From the NCBI GenBank assembly GCA_964371595.1, contig CAYJNJ010000009.1, positions 1 to 61,614 on the forward strand: a stretch of 61,614 nt of DNA. The letters are read 5' to 3'. The stretch comes from an uncultured Bacteroidales bacterium (GTDB taxonomy: Bacteria; Bacteroidota; Bacteroidia; Bacteroidales; JAGOPY01). Numbering within the stretch: position 1 is the first letter of the stretch; the number at the start of each line of letters is the position of its first letter. Positions 7,331 to 17,256 of the stretch are shown here, one piece after another. The translations under genes and the position numbers were made by a program. The notes under the pieces were generated by a model. It saw only the letters and a program-made list of their open reading frames with translations. It searched no databases and was not told the DNA's origin.

Positions 7331-9811
7331 CTATTTAAGCAGGGATATTTTCTTCTGAACGGTACGGTCATCCGAAGAAACGCGGATAATGTAAATGCCA
7401 TTTGCTTCATTGGACAGGTCGATGGAGAATTCCCTGTCGGATAAGTCATGCTGGTAGGTGCTAATGACATTGCCGGTAGAATTAACTACTTCAATCGTCA
7501 CCTTTTCCCCTTTTCCACTTGTCCCCCATGCCTCAACGCCTTCCAGGACGCGGACTTTCAGTGCTCCCTGGCTCGGGTTGGGATAAACCATCACTCCATT
7601 GTGCAGGTAGATCTCTTTCACACTGATCTCACCGACAAGAATGTAGTTCTCTTTCTCGAGGGTGTTGCTTCCGAATGAATTCTTCGTACGTAACTTGACA
7701 TTGTACATGCCTTCGGCAGCGTATTTGATATTCTCGGGATTTTGCACTGAAGAGCCGGCTGGTTCACCTCCGGTAAAGGTCCAGGTCCACTGCGTCGGGT
7801 TGCCTGTGGAAATATCGAAGAAATTAACGGAATCACCGGGCATGATCTGCGTCACATCGGCATAAAAATCCGAAAGCGGCGCGGTACCGGCATTTACCGT
7901 AATATAATCATCCTTGAATTCGATATCGGTCCCGCCGTTATTAGAAGCGGTCAGGATCACATCATAAACGCCGGGTATAAGGTATTCGACACCGGTGGGA
8001 TTCTGCACGTTGGAAGTATCGGGTGACCCGCCTTCGAACGACCATTCCCAGTTGGTAGGCTCATTGGTTGAAAGGTCACTGAAATCGACAACATCGCCTT
8101 CAATGATTTCAACTGCACTGGCTGAGAAATCGGATTCAGGCGCCAACACCTGTTCAATAGTCATAAAGGCTGTCTTCACCTCGGTACTTTCGCCATCGGC
8201 ATTTTCTACGGTAAGGGTAACATCGAACACGCCGAATTCATTGTAAGTGACGGTAGGGTTCTGGATGTCGGAGGAATTCGGTGTCCCGCCCGGGAAGCTC
8301 CATGCCCAGGTAAGGGCCGGGTTTCCGGTGGTCAGGTCGGTGAACTGGACTGTTTCTCCCTGGAGGATATACGTTGTATCGACGGTGAAATCCACAACCG
8401 GAGGAAGGATCTGTGAAGAAAGCCCGGGCTGTTTCTGGATTTCGGTATTGGTCGGGTCGAGCCAGTCTTTAAGCCTTGTAGCGGGTGTTGATCCCATCTG
8501 GTCCCAGGAATACCATACTTTTCCGAACCATGCCGGGGATGGGTTATCGCAGGCATTGGAGGTATAACCGCCGGAGAGGTCGCCCATGATCAGGTGGTCC
8601 TGGTCGAAGATCGGTGAACCGGAAGAACCGCCTTCCATGATGGAAAGGCCGTTTTCAGTTTCCGACCATGCTACGCGCCAGTGCGAAGGGGTACCGTTCC
8701 ACCATGTCGATGAGATCATCGGTGTAAGGAAAGTCGATACTTTCTTGATGTCACCTGCCGGATGGTGGAGGCATTTACCGCTGTCGGCAGGTACGTTGGT
8801 CCTGTTCCAGCCATTGTAATAAACATTATAGGCAACCGGGGGCGTCGAGTTGAGCTTCACGAGTTCCCAGTCGGAACCGTCGAAGCCGGTGATAGGATCT
8901 TTGGATTTAAGCGTACAGCCATTCACGGTATTGCTTGAGGGGCCGTAATTACCGGAGCATGTTGCCGACTGGTAATTGAAGTAGAATATCCACTGGTTGA
9001 GGTCGGAAGCATTGGCGCCTTCTCCGCAATGTTCAGCGGTAAGGAGATAAGGCATCCTGTCGTTGCTGGTGTTGTTGATCAGCGAGCCGGAACACCAGTA
9101 GTAGCTCCAGCCGATCTTGATAGAAAGGCGTGCGATGCCCTGGATCTGGTCTTCCCAGCCGTTGCCTTCCGAGCATTTCACATTGATCATGCAGGGCAGG
9201 GAAAGGTTGGTTTCGCGGCCATTGGATTCAAAGGTGATAAAGCGGTAAGCGTAGGCAATCTCGGAGATGAAAATGGCTGATCTTTCGGTGGTGCCCGCCG
9301 GTTCAGTGTATTCAAGGGTGACATCGTCGCCTTCGATGAATTCCGTAGCAAACAGGCCGGATTCAGGATTGTTTTCACTGGTAAAAGCGCCGATCACCTG
9401 TGTTTTGCTTTCATTATAAAGGAAGAGGCTGCTGCCTTCCGGGAGGAAGAAATTGCTGTAATACACGCCTAAAGCGAGAGCGCCGGGGGAAGAAAGGGTC
9501 AGGCGCCAGATTTTGGAGCCATCGGGAAGGGTTTCCATGCTTCCGGCTGATTTCAGGTCGACATTGACCGGGATGGAATAGCCCATTCTTTCCGGGCCGG
9601 GATACGGAGACTCGGCATTGGCCTGGTCTTCCAGGGCAAGGGTCTGAAGATCCGGTTGCTGAAGGGCTATCCGGTTGAACTGTTCGTTTAAGCCTGACTG
9701 GCTAAAGCTGACAGGGCTGCCTCCCTGGCTGATCTGTGCAAAGGATGCAAAGCCTGTTAAAATCATGAATGAAAAGAGAACAAGCCTTTTGCGTAACTGG
9801 TACGGATTCAT
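7331..9811 (-). CDS. Paralogous lysyl-endopeptidase-like serine protease with 3 PKD domains and T9SS CTD
   Basis: TAEHC, DWELV, GGSSGSP; three W.W.F.GG PKD repeats; VYPNP CTD. Likely ATG 9811 (MNPYQLRKRLVLF signal peptide). Confidence 0.87.
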   Translation of the reverse strand: MNPYQLRKRLVLFSFMILTGFASFAQISQGGSPVSFSQSGLNEQFNRIALQQPDLQTLALEDQANAESPYPGPERMGYSIPVNVDLKSAGSMETLPDGSKIWRLTLSSPGALALGVYYSNFFLPEGSSLFLYNESKTQVIGAFTSENNPESGLFATEFIEGDDVTLEYTEPAGTTERSAIFISEIAYAYRFITFESNGRETNLSLPCMINVKCSEGNGWEDQIQGIARLSIKIGWSYYWCSGSLINNTSNDRMPYLLTAEHCGEGANASDLNQWIFYFNYQSATCSGNYGPSSNTVNGCTLKSKDPITGFDGSDWELVKLNSTPPVAYNVYYNGWNRTNVPADSGKCLHHPAGDIKKVSTFLTPMISSTWWNGTPSHWRVAWSETENGLSIMEGGSSGSPIFDQDHLIMGDLSGGYTSNACDNPSPAWFGKVWYSWDQMGSTPATRLKDWLDPTNTEIQKQPGLSSQILPPVVDFTVDTTYILQGETVQFTDLTTGNPALTWAWSFPGGTPNSSDIQNPTVTYNEFGVFDVTLTVENADGESTEVKTAFMTIEQVLAPESDFSASAVEIIEGDVVDFSDLSTNEPTNWEWSFEGGSPDTSNVQNPTGVEYLIPGVYDVILTASNNGGTDIEFKDDYITVNAGTAPLSDFYADVTQIMPGDSVNFFDISTGNPTQWTWTFTGGEPAGSSVQNPENIKYAAEGMYNVKLRTKNSFGSNTLEKENYILVGEISVKEIYLHNGVMVYPNPSQGALKVRVLEGVEAWGTSGKGEKVTIEVVNSTGNVISTYQHDLSDREFSIDLSNEANGIYIIRVSSDDRTVQKKISLLK

Positions 9812-9865
9812 TGTATGAGTAATTTTAAGTTTTATTTGTAAAGAATTTTCAGGGTACGAAGGGAG

Positions 9866-9946
9866 CAAATATAACTATTTTCTATGTGCAGGATTTAAAA
9901 AAGTAGTACAACAGTTCAGGAAATCGGCCGTTTAGTTGTATATTTG
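9866..9946. promoter_or_regulatory. Divergent Bacteroidota -7 promoter boxes (TAnnTTTG)
   Basis: TATATTTG on + at 9939-9946 and on - at 9866-9873, between divergent genes. Confidence 0.55.
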
Positions 9947-9972
9947 AATTACACGAATATTAAGAAACCAAA

Positions 9973-10944
9973 ATGAGTAAAATCGTTATCACGGGCGCTG
10001 CAGGATTTATCGGGAGTTGCCTTGCCGGCAAGCTGAATAACAAGGGTATCAAGGATATCGTCCTGGTGGATGATTTTAACCGTCCCGAAAAAGAGAAGAA
10101 TTATATTCATAAAGCCTGCGTTGAAAGGGTCGACCGTGATCAATTCGGAGCCTGGATGGAGAAAAATGCCGGGGATGTGGAATTTGTTTTTCACCTGGGG
10201 GCCCGCACGGATACTACCGAGCAGGACCGGTCAATTTTCGACCGGCTTAACCTGGAATATTCCAAAATGGTCTGGAATGCATGTACCCGTTCCGGCATCC
10301 GGCTGGTCTATGCTTCATCGGCGGCAACCTACGGGATGGGAGAATGGGGCTATGAGGACAATCACCAGGTCGTGGAAAAGCTACAGCCATTGAACCGCTA
10401 TGGCGAATCCAAGAATGATTTCGACAAATGGGTGCTTGATCAGAAGGCCGCCCCTCCGTTCTGGGCAGGGATGAAATTCTTCAATGTTTACGGTCCGAAT
10501 GAATACCATAAAGGAAGGATGGCTTCGGTCATTTTACACGCCTTCCGGCAGATTGAAAAAACCGGCATGGTCAGGCTTTTTCGCTCCCATCATCCCGACT
10601 TCAAAGACGGGGAGCAACTGCGTGATTTTATTTTTGTGAAAGATGTCGTCGATGTACTTTACTTCCTGATGAAAAGGTGCGACCAGAGCGGCATCTATAA
10701 TCTTGGCACCGGGAAGGCAAGGACCTTCCTTGACCTCGCAAAGGCTGCATTTAATGCCCTGGATATCCCTGAGAATATCGTCTTTATTGATACCCCGGAG
10801 GATATCCGCGATAAATACCAGTATTTCACGGAAGCCAATATGGATAAGCTGCGCGCGGTGGGTTATGATGAACAGTTTTATACGCTGGAAGAAGGGGTCG
10901 AGGAATATATCCTGGAATTCTTAAAAAATGACAGGTACTATTAA
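9973..10944 (+). CDS. rfaD: ADP-L-glycero-D-manno-heptose 6-epimerase
   Basis: ITGAAGFIGS, YASSAATYG, PLNRYGESK, FNVYGPNEYHKGRMAS, YQYFTEA. Confidence 0.93.
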   Translation: MSKIVITGAAGFIGSCLAGKLNNKGIKDIVLVDDFNRPEKEKNYIHKACVERVDRDQFGAWMEKNAGDVEFVFHLGARTDTTEQDRSIFDRLNLEYSKMVWNACTRSGIRLVYASSAATYGMGEWGYEDNHQVVEKLQPLNRYGESKNDFDKWVLDQKAAPPFWAGMKFFNVYGPNEYHKGRMASVILHAFRQIEKTGMVRLFRSHHPDFKDGEQLRDFIFVKDVVDVLYFLMKRCDQSGIYNLGTGKARTFLDLAKAAFNALDIPENIVFIDTPEDIRDKYQYFTEANMDKLRAVGYDEQFYTLEEGVEEYILEFLKNDRYY

Positions 10945-10963
10945 GCCGAGGTGTTTTTAATGG

Positions 10964-11284
10964 TCAGGGAAGCTCTTTTCCGATTTCGATCAAATAACTT
11001 TTTATCTCTTTCAGGGAATTGATGATCTCCACATTTCTCTCACCCTCGCTTTTATGTTTTGAAAGATATTCACGCGCCCCCTGGATGGTATAGCCTTTTT
11101 CTTTCACCAGGTTATAAATAAGCTGGAAATTTTCAATGTCTTTAGCGGTAAAAACACGGTTCCCTTTATTGTTCTTACGGGGATGGATGATCGGGAATTC
11201 CTTTTCCCAGAAACGGATCAGTGAAGCGTTCACATTGAACATCGCAGAAACCTCACCTATGGAATAATAAAGCTTGTCGGCCAT
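10964..11284 (-). CDS. MerR-family transcriptional regulator
   Basis: KLYYSIGEV...SLIRFWEKEF...KGNR.FT; usual neighbour of M23/alaS in Bacteroidota. Confidence 0.88.
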   Translation of the reverse strand: MADKLYYSIGEVSAMFNVNASLIRFWEKEFPIIHPRKNNKGNRVFTAKDIENFQLIYNLVKEKGYTIQGAREYLSKHKSEGERNVEIINSLKEIKSYLIEIGKELP

Positions 11285-11295
11285 TGTATCTGGGT

Positions 11296-12270
11296 TTAAT
11301 CCATGGTTTGGGAAGGACGCTGGGAGAGGATCAGGATCTCCTCGTATTGTTCAGGCGAAACGTCGTTGAAGAAATAATTGATCGGGTTGACCGGCTGGTT
11401 ATTTTTCCATACTTCGTAATGAAGATGGGGAGAAGTGGATTTTCCCGTGCTGCCTACCGCGCCTATGACCTGGCCCCTTTTCACATGTTCACCTGCACGA
11501 ACTTTAAAAGACTGGAGATGGGCATACATCGTTTTATAACCGAAACCATGATCGATAACGATCTGGTTACCGTAACCGGATTTCGAACGGTCGCTTTCAA
11601 GAATTACCCCATCACCTGTTGCATAGATCTCAGTCCCCGGAGGAGCTGAAAAATCAACGCCTTCATGGAATTTAGGGACTTTGTAATAAGGATCGGTGCG
11701 GTAGCCAAAATAGGAGGAAAGACGGCGCAGGTCGTGGTTGCTGACAGGCTGGATGGCTGGAATAGAGGCCAATAGCCTCGATTTATTGATAGCCATGTCA
11801 TAGACTTCATCGAAAGATTTGGTCTGAACATACATCTTGGCTGTGATCTGGTCCAGCTTTTTTGCCGTATGCACCAGGATCTCGGAGTTCCGGTAGCCTT
11901 CAAGGTCCTTATAGCGGTCAGACCCGCCATATCCGGCTTTCCTGGCCTCAGTTGGGATAGGCTCCGCTTCGAAGATCACCCGGTAAATATTGTCGTCGCG
12001 GTCGGCCATGTCGCCAAGCACAAGTTCCAGCTTCTCAAGCCGTTCATTGATCAGCTTATACTGCAGCTCGTACTGCCTGATCTCTCTCCGCAGCGCCCTT
12101 TCCTTAGGGGAATCGAAGAAATAGGTCCCTACAATGACAAAAACAACGGTGAATACGACACTGGTGGACAGGTAGGAGAGGACCTTGATAATATAATGCC
12201 TCGCCGTAAGCCTTGCGTGCTCGAACGATAAAGTTTTATGATTGAATACGTATTTAACTCTGTTGCCCAT
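11296..12270 (-). CDS. M23 family metallopeptidase
   Basis: HEGVDF, YAHL, PHLHYEV; N-terminal TM segment and coiled coil. Confidence 0.92.
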   Translation of the reverse strand: MGNRVKYVFNHKTLSFEHARLTARHYIIKVLSYLSTSVVFTVVFVIVGTYFFDSPKERALRREIRQYELQYKLINERLEKLELVLGDMADRDDNIYRVIFEAEPIPTEARKAGYGGSDRYKDLEGYRNSEILVHTAKKLDQITAKMYVQTKSFDEVYDMAINKSRLLASIPAIQPVSNHDLRRLSSYFGYRTDPYYKVPKFHEGVDFSAPPGTEIYATGDGVILESDRSKSGYGNQIVIDHGFGYKTMYAHLQSFKVRAGEHVKRGQVIGAVGSTGKSTSPHLHYEVWKNNQPVNPINYFFNDVSPEQYEEILILSQRPSQTMD

Positions 12271-12334
12271 CCTAAATCAACGTGATGACGCGGTATTAAG
12301 TATATTCCAGCCTTTTTGCGATGAAACCGGAGAG

Positions 12335-12358
12335 CAAAAATAAATAAAATTAATTTTG
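12335..12358. promoter_or_regulatory. Back-to-back -7 boxes for M23 and alaS
   Basis: TAATTTTG on + at 12351-12358; TATTTTTG on - at 12335-12342. Confidence 0.55.
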
Positions 12359-12406
12359 CAGTTCATTTTTGACAAGCATATTCACAGGCAAATAATCTGA
12401 AAATTA

Positions 12407-15037
12407 ATGAAATCAGCTGAAGTAAGGAAAATATTTCTCGAATTTTTTGAGTCGAAAGCGCATAAAATAGTTCCTTCGGCACCGATGGTGGTTAAGAACG
12501 ATCCGACCTTAATGTTCACCAATGCCGGTATGAACCAGTTCAAGGATGTTTTCCTCGGGCATATGCCGGCCAAATATTTACGTATCGCCGACACGCAAAA
12601 ATGCCTCAGGGTTTCAGGCAAGCATAACGACCTGGAAGAGGTCGGGCATGATACCTACCATCATACTATGTTTGAAATGCTTGGTAACTGGTCGTTTGGT
12701 GATTATTTCAAGAAAGAGGCGATCGAATGGGCATGGGAACTGCTGACGGAAAAATACGGCATTTCTAAGGAAAACCTTTATGTCACCGTGTTTGAAGGCG
12801 ATGAAAAGGATAATATACCAGTCGACAGCGAAGCCAGGGATATCTGGAGCCACATCATTTCACCCGACCATATTTTATTAGGCTCCAAGAAAGATAATTT
12901 CTGGGAGATGGGTGAGACCGGGCCTTGCGGACCCTGTTCGGAGATCCACGTGGATATCCGCACCGAAGAAGAAAAGAGCCTGGTGCCGGGAAAAGAGCTG
13001 GTCAACAAGAGCCATCCGCATGTTCTTGAGATCTGGAACCTGGTTTTCATCGAATTCAACAGGCAGATGGACGGAAAGCTGGTCCCGCTGCCGCAGAAGC
13101 ATGTCGACACGGGGATGGGCTTTGAGCGCCTGACCATGGTGATCCAGGGAAAGAGATCGAATTATGATTCGGATATTTTCCAGCCGACGATCGGTGAAAT
13201 AGGGAAGATCTCCGGTAAAAAATACGGCGAAAATGAAGATGTCGACATTGCCATGCGCGTTATCGCAGACCATGTGCGGGCCATTTCATTTGCCATTGCC
13301 GACGGGCAGTTGCCATCCAATACGGGGGCCGGTTACGTCATCCGCCGCATCCTGCGCCGGGCGATTCGTTACGGCTACACCTTCCTCGATCTGAAAGAGC
13401 CTTTTATCCAGCAGCTCGTACCGGTCCTGTCAGAAAATATGGGCGGATATTTCCCGGAACTGCGCTCCCAGGGCGAACTGATCCGGAAAGTCGTGGCCGA
13501 GGAGGAGCATTCCTTCCTCAGGACGCTTTCGCAGGGGATCAGGAAGTTCGAGACCTATATCCAGGCCAATGCCGGCAAAAAAGAGATCGACGGAAAGTTT
13601 GCCTTTGAACTGTTCGACACCTATGGCTTCCCGGTGGATTTGACCCAGGTGATGGCTTCTGAAAAGGGCTGGACAGTTGATATGAAAGGTTTCCAGGAAG
13701 GGCTTGAAGTGCAGAAAAGCCGTTCCAGGCAGGCCGCACAGGTCGATACTTTCGACTGGATAATTCTGATAAAAGGCAAGGATGATACCGAATTCATCGG
13801 CTATGATAACAGCGAGGCCGATGTGGAAATCGTGAAATACCGCAAGGTCAAGGCAAAAGGGCAGGAGTATTTTGAAATCGTTCTCGACCAGACCCCGTTT
13901 TATGCCGAATCGGGCGGCCAGGTAGGCGACCGCGGTTACCTGGAATGCGGCGGACAGATGATCGTCGTTGAAAATACTTACAAAGAGAATGAGCTGATCA
14001 TCCATAAAACCACTGAAATATTTTCTGAAACCGGTAAAAAGGTCCATGCCGTCGTCGATAGCTGGAAGAGGAATTCCACGGCAAATAACCACAGCGCCAC
14101 CCATCTCATGCATGCCGCACTGAGAAAAGTGTTAGGGATGCATGTCGAACAGAAAGGCTCGCTGGTGGATGAAGAGCACCTGCGCTTCGACTTCTCCCAT
14201 TTTGCCAAAATGACCGATGAAGAGATCCGCGAAGTGGAACAGATCGTGAACCGCAAGATCAGGGAGAATATCAGCAAGGGAGAGCAGCGCAGGGTGCCGG
14301 TGGATACAGCGAAAAAAATGGGTGCCATGGCTTTATTCGGCGAGAAGTACGGTGAGGAAGTGAGGGTGATCACCTTTGATCCTGCCTATTCCATAGAGCT
14401 TTGCGGCGGGACGCATGTGCCTTCCACCGGCCAGATCGGCTTTTTCAAGATCATCTCCGAAGGCGCCATCGCCGCCGGTATCCGCCGTATCGAGGCTGTG
14501 ACGGGGGAGAAGGCCGAAGCCTACATCTTTGGGCAGGTTGACATGGTCGCTGAGATCCGGGAATCGCTCAAAAATGCAAAAGATCTTGTAAAAGGGGTGA
14601 AAGCCCTTTCGGAAGAAAATAAAGCATTACAGCGCAAGATCGAAGAGCTGAACCGCTACCGGGTCGATGCGCTGAAATCGGAATTGCTGGCACAGGCCGA
14701 AACCATCAACGGAACCAGGTTCATTGCCACCCGGCTTGATCTCGACGCCAAATCGGCCAAAGACCTGGCTTTCTTACTGAACGAAAAGCAGGAAAGCATG
14801 TTCATCCTTTTTATTACCACTGCAGAGGAAAAAGTCAACCTCAGCCTGATGCTTTCCGATGACCTGGTAAAATCCAGGGGCATGCATGCCGGCAACCTGG
14901 TAAAGGAGCTTGCGAAAGAGATCAACGGCGGCGGCGGTGGCCAGCCTAATTTTGCGACAGCAGGCGGGACGAACGCGAAGGGGATAGATGCAGTGCTGTT
15001 GAAGGCGCGGAAGACAGTTGGACAGTTGGACAGTTGA
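12407..15037 (+). CDS. alaS: Alanine--tRNA ligase
   Basis: DPTLMFTNAGMNQFK, HHTMFEMLGNWSFGDYFK, DTGMGFER, ELCGGTHV, GGGGG C-terminus. Confidence 0.98.
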   Translation: MKSAEVRKIFLEFFESKAHKIVPSAPMVVKNDPTLMFTNAGMNQFKDVFLGHMPAKYLRIADTQKCLRVSGKHNDLEEVGHDTYHHTMFEMLGNWSFGDYFKKEAIEWAWELLTEKYGISKENLYVTVFEGDEKDNIPVDSEARDIWSHIISPDHILLGSKKDNFWEMGETGPCGPCSEIHVDIRTEEEKSLVPGKELVNKSHPHVLEIWNLVFIEFNRQMDGKLVPLPQKHVDTGMGFERLTMVIQGKRSNYDSDIFQPTIGEIGKISGKKYGENEDVDIAMRVIADHVRAISFAIADGQLPSNTGAGYVIRRILRRAIRYGYTFLDLKEPFIQQLVPVLSENMGGYFPELRSQGELIRKVVAEEEHSFLRTLSQGIRKFETYIQANAGKKEIDGKFAFELFDTYGFPVDLTQVMASEKGWTVDMKGFQEGLEVQKSRSRQAAQVDTFDWIILIKGKDDTEFIGYDNSEADVEIVKYRKVKAKGQEYFEIVLDQTPFYAESGGQVGDRGYLECGGQMIVVENTYKENELIIHKTTEIFSETGKKVHAVVDSWKRNSTANNHSATHLMHAALRKVLGMHVEQKGSLVDEEHLRFDFSHFAKMTDEEIREVEQIVNRKIRENISKGEQRRVPVDTAKKMGAMALFGEKYGEEVRVITFDPAYSIELCGGTHVPSTGQIGFFKIISEGAIAAGIRRIEAVTGEKAEAYIFGQVDMVAEIRESLKNAKDLVKGVKALSEENKALQRKIEELNRYRVDALKSELLAQAETINGTRFIATRLDLDAKSAKDLAFLLNEKQESMFILFITTAEEKVNLSLMLSDDLVKSRGMHAGNLVKELAKEINGGGGGQPNFATAGGTNAKGIDAVLLKARKTVGQLDS

Positions 15038-15062
15038 CAGTTGACAGTTGGACAGTTGGACA
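15013..15062 (+). repeat. GACAGTT(G) 7/8-mer tandem repeat overlapping the alaS stop
   Basis: gacagttg gacagttg gacagtt gacagtt gacagttg gacagttg gaca; the TGA stop is at 15035-15037. Confidence 0.9.
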
Positions 15063-15188
15063 AAAGTCAGGTTAGTCAATATTGCCACTAAAACACTAAA
15101 ACACAAAAGATCACAAAATATTGATTATTAAGTTAATAACTTTTGTGTAATTTAGTGTTTCCGTGCTTTTGTGGCAATAAAAAGGCTT
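15062..15188. mobile_element. MITE-like palindromic element, copy 2 (TIRs truncated to AAAAGTC / GGCTT)
   Basis: Near-identical to 5145-5277; lies between the convergent alaS and gpsA genes. Confidence 0.72.
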
Positions 15189-15223
15189 CTTCCGACTTCT
15201 GTCTTCTGCCTTCTGTCTTCTAC
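15189..15223 (+). repeat. CTTCTGY heptamer repeat overlapping the gpsA stop
   Basis: cttccga cttctgt cttctgc cttctgt cttctac. Confidence 0.85.
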
Positions 15224-16206
15224 TCCGTAACCGGGAAGTTAATGATGCGGTTGACGAACTGGGAGAGGTCGTAATGATCGGTAAAGACTTTATGGAGTTC
15301 GTGCAGGATGGGGAATTTGTGGCTGAGGTTCCTTGAGGAGAGGACAGTTACGAGGACGTTCACCGCTATTTTTCCTTCCAGGACTACGCTATCCGACATT
15401 TCGCGGGTGAAAAAGCCTTTCCCGATGAGCAGGCCCAGGGTCCGGTTACGGCTGAGGTCGTTGAGGGCAGTAAGGGTGAAATCACCGAAGCCACAGAATT
15501 TAAACATCGTCTTTTCGTCACATTCAAATTCCAGCAGGATATCCCTCATTTCCTTGAAAGATTTGGTCAGGACCAGCGAGCGCAGGTTCGGCGCATCGAA
15601 GCTGGCGTCAGTGATCCCTGCAACAATTGCATAGATATTTTTCAGGATGCTGAGGAATTCAACGCCCTGCACATCGGTGCTGTAATCGAGGAAAATGTTA
15701 GTGTCGCGGAACAATCCCCCGAAGACCGGAAAATGGGCCGGATCGGTGGAGCCAAGCGTGAAGGCTGTAGGCTGGTTGTTGATGATATCGCGGGCAAATG
15801 TCGGTCCCTTCATGGTACAAACCGGGTTCGGCAGGAAATCCTTGAGGCAGCGGATGATGGTGCAGTTATGCTCCCCGAATCCTTTGGCAAGGTTGACGAT
15901 CACCGCCCCGGGAGGAATGATTGCCTGGTGTTCCTTCAGGTAATTCACGGTTTCGACGGAAGGGATTGCAGTGAAAATAAAGCCGGCAGATTTGATCGGA
16001 TCCAGGCTGGTTGCGGCTTTCAGCCTTGAATTTAATATGATGCCAGGAAAATATTTGCGATTGATGTTTGAATCATTAATGGATCGGACAACTTCTTCTT
16101 CAATGGAAACCAGGGTGATATTGTTTTCGGGGTTTTTAGCCAGGGAATTACCCAGGGCGGTTCCGATTGCGCCTGCACCGATAAATACTATGTCATTTGA
16201 CGGCAT
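15220..16206 (-). CDS. gpsA: NAD(P)H-dependent glycerol-3-phosphate dehydrogenase
   Basis: IGAGAIGTALG, AKG, GPTFA, LKNIYAI, GFGDFTLT, SRNRTLG, LEG. Confidence 0.85.
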   Translation of the reverse strand: MPSNDIVFIGAGAIGTALGNSLAKNPENNITLVSIEEEVVRSINDSNINRKYFPGIILNSRLKAATSLDPIKSAGFIFTAIPSVETVNYLKEHQAIIPPGAVIVNLAKGFGEHNCTIIRCLKDFLPNPVCTMKGPTFARDIINNQPTAFTLGSTDPAHFPVFGGLFRDTNIFLDYSTDVQGVEFLSILKNIYAIVAGITDASFDAPNLRSLVLTKSFKEMRDILLEFECDEKTMFKFCGFGDFTLTALNDLSRNRTLGLLIGKGFFTREMSDSVVLEGKIAVNVLVTVLSSRNLSHKFPILHELHKVFTDHYDLSQFVNRIINFPVTE

Positions 16207-16271
16207 CAAAATACGGTTTACGTGTTATATCCTAAAGTTGTGGCAAAATTAGGGTAAAAATAAGTTGGAAA

Positions 16272-17249
16272 TCAAGGTGATTTATTCTCCTTATTTGCCA
16301 GGCTGTTTTTAGAAGCTTCATAAATGCTGGCATTCAGTTCAAAGCCGATGAGAAGCATCAGCGCAGTGAGGTTGATCCATACGATGATCATGATCATCGC
16401 GCCTAATGAGCCGTAAAATTTGTTGTAATTGGTGAAATTATTGATGAAAATGGTAAATAGCTTAAAACTGATCACAGAAAGGAAGGAAGCAATGATGGAG
16501 CCTGCGGAGAAAAAAGGGAAAACCCGCTTTTTTGCCGGGGCAAGGTAATAGATGCTTGAAAATGCCACCAGGGATGTAAGTAAAATGATGATCCACTGGC
16601 CGGTGTTAAGCAGAAAATACGTGAAATCATTACTGATGATCCCTTTGCTTTCGATATAATACAGGACGATGGAAGAAATGGCAAGGGCTGCCCCTGAAAC
16701 GATCATGTTGATAGCCAGGATAAAGACAAGGACCAGTGCGACCAATTGTTTTTTTACTGATGTCCTGGATTCTATCGAATGGGAAGAATGGTTGAAAGCA
16801 TTCATGATCGCAAGGACGCCGCTGCTGGCAAAATACAGGGTCACCAGGAAACTGATGGAAAGCAGCCCGGTCTGCTGGTTGGTGATGATATCTTCAATCG
16901 TTGACCGGAGCAGGACGAAGGCTTCTTCAGGGATGGTTTCCTTCAAGGTCATCATGATACTTTCTTCCAGCCCTTTGATGGGAAAATAGGGGATAAGGGT
17001 GAAAAGGAACAAAACTGCCGGGACAAATGCGATGATAAAGGAATAGGATATTGAATTAGCCCTGAGGGAGATGGAGCTTTTCTGCATCCCGCGGATGAAA
17101 AACAGTCCAACATCATAAAGCGAGGCACCTTTAAAGCCGGGAAGGAATACTTTACGGGATAAAATGATCAGCGGCAAGGTAATCAGCCTGGAGAACCTGC
17201 TGACCAGGCTTTTGATCCATTCCTTAATCCTGGCGATTAAATTTTTCAT
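16272..17249 (-). CDS. YihY/BrkB family inner-membrane protein
   Basis: About 6 TM segments; YNKFYGSLGAMI...LLIGFELNA. Confidence 0.9.
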   Translation of the reverse strand: MKNLIARIKEWIKSLVSRFSRLITLPLIILSRKVFLPGFKGASLYDVGLFFIRGMQKSSISLRANSISYSFIIAFVPAVLFLFTLIPYFPIKGLEESIMMTLKETIPEEAFVLLRSTIEDIITNQQTGLLSISFLVTLYFASSGVLAIMNAFNHSSHSIESRTSVKKQLVALVLVFILAINMIVSGAALAISSIVLYYIESKGIISNDFTYFLLNTGQWIIILLTSLVAFSSIYYLAPAKKRVFPFFSAGSIIASFLSVISFKLFTIFINNFTNYNKFYGSLGAMIMIIVWINLTALMLLIGFELNASIYEASKNSLANKENKSP

Positions 17250-17256
17250 GATCAGG

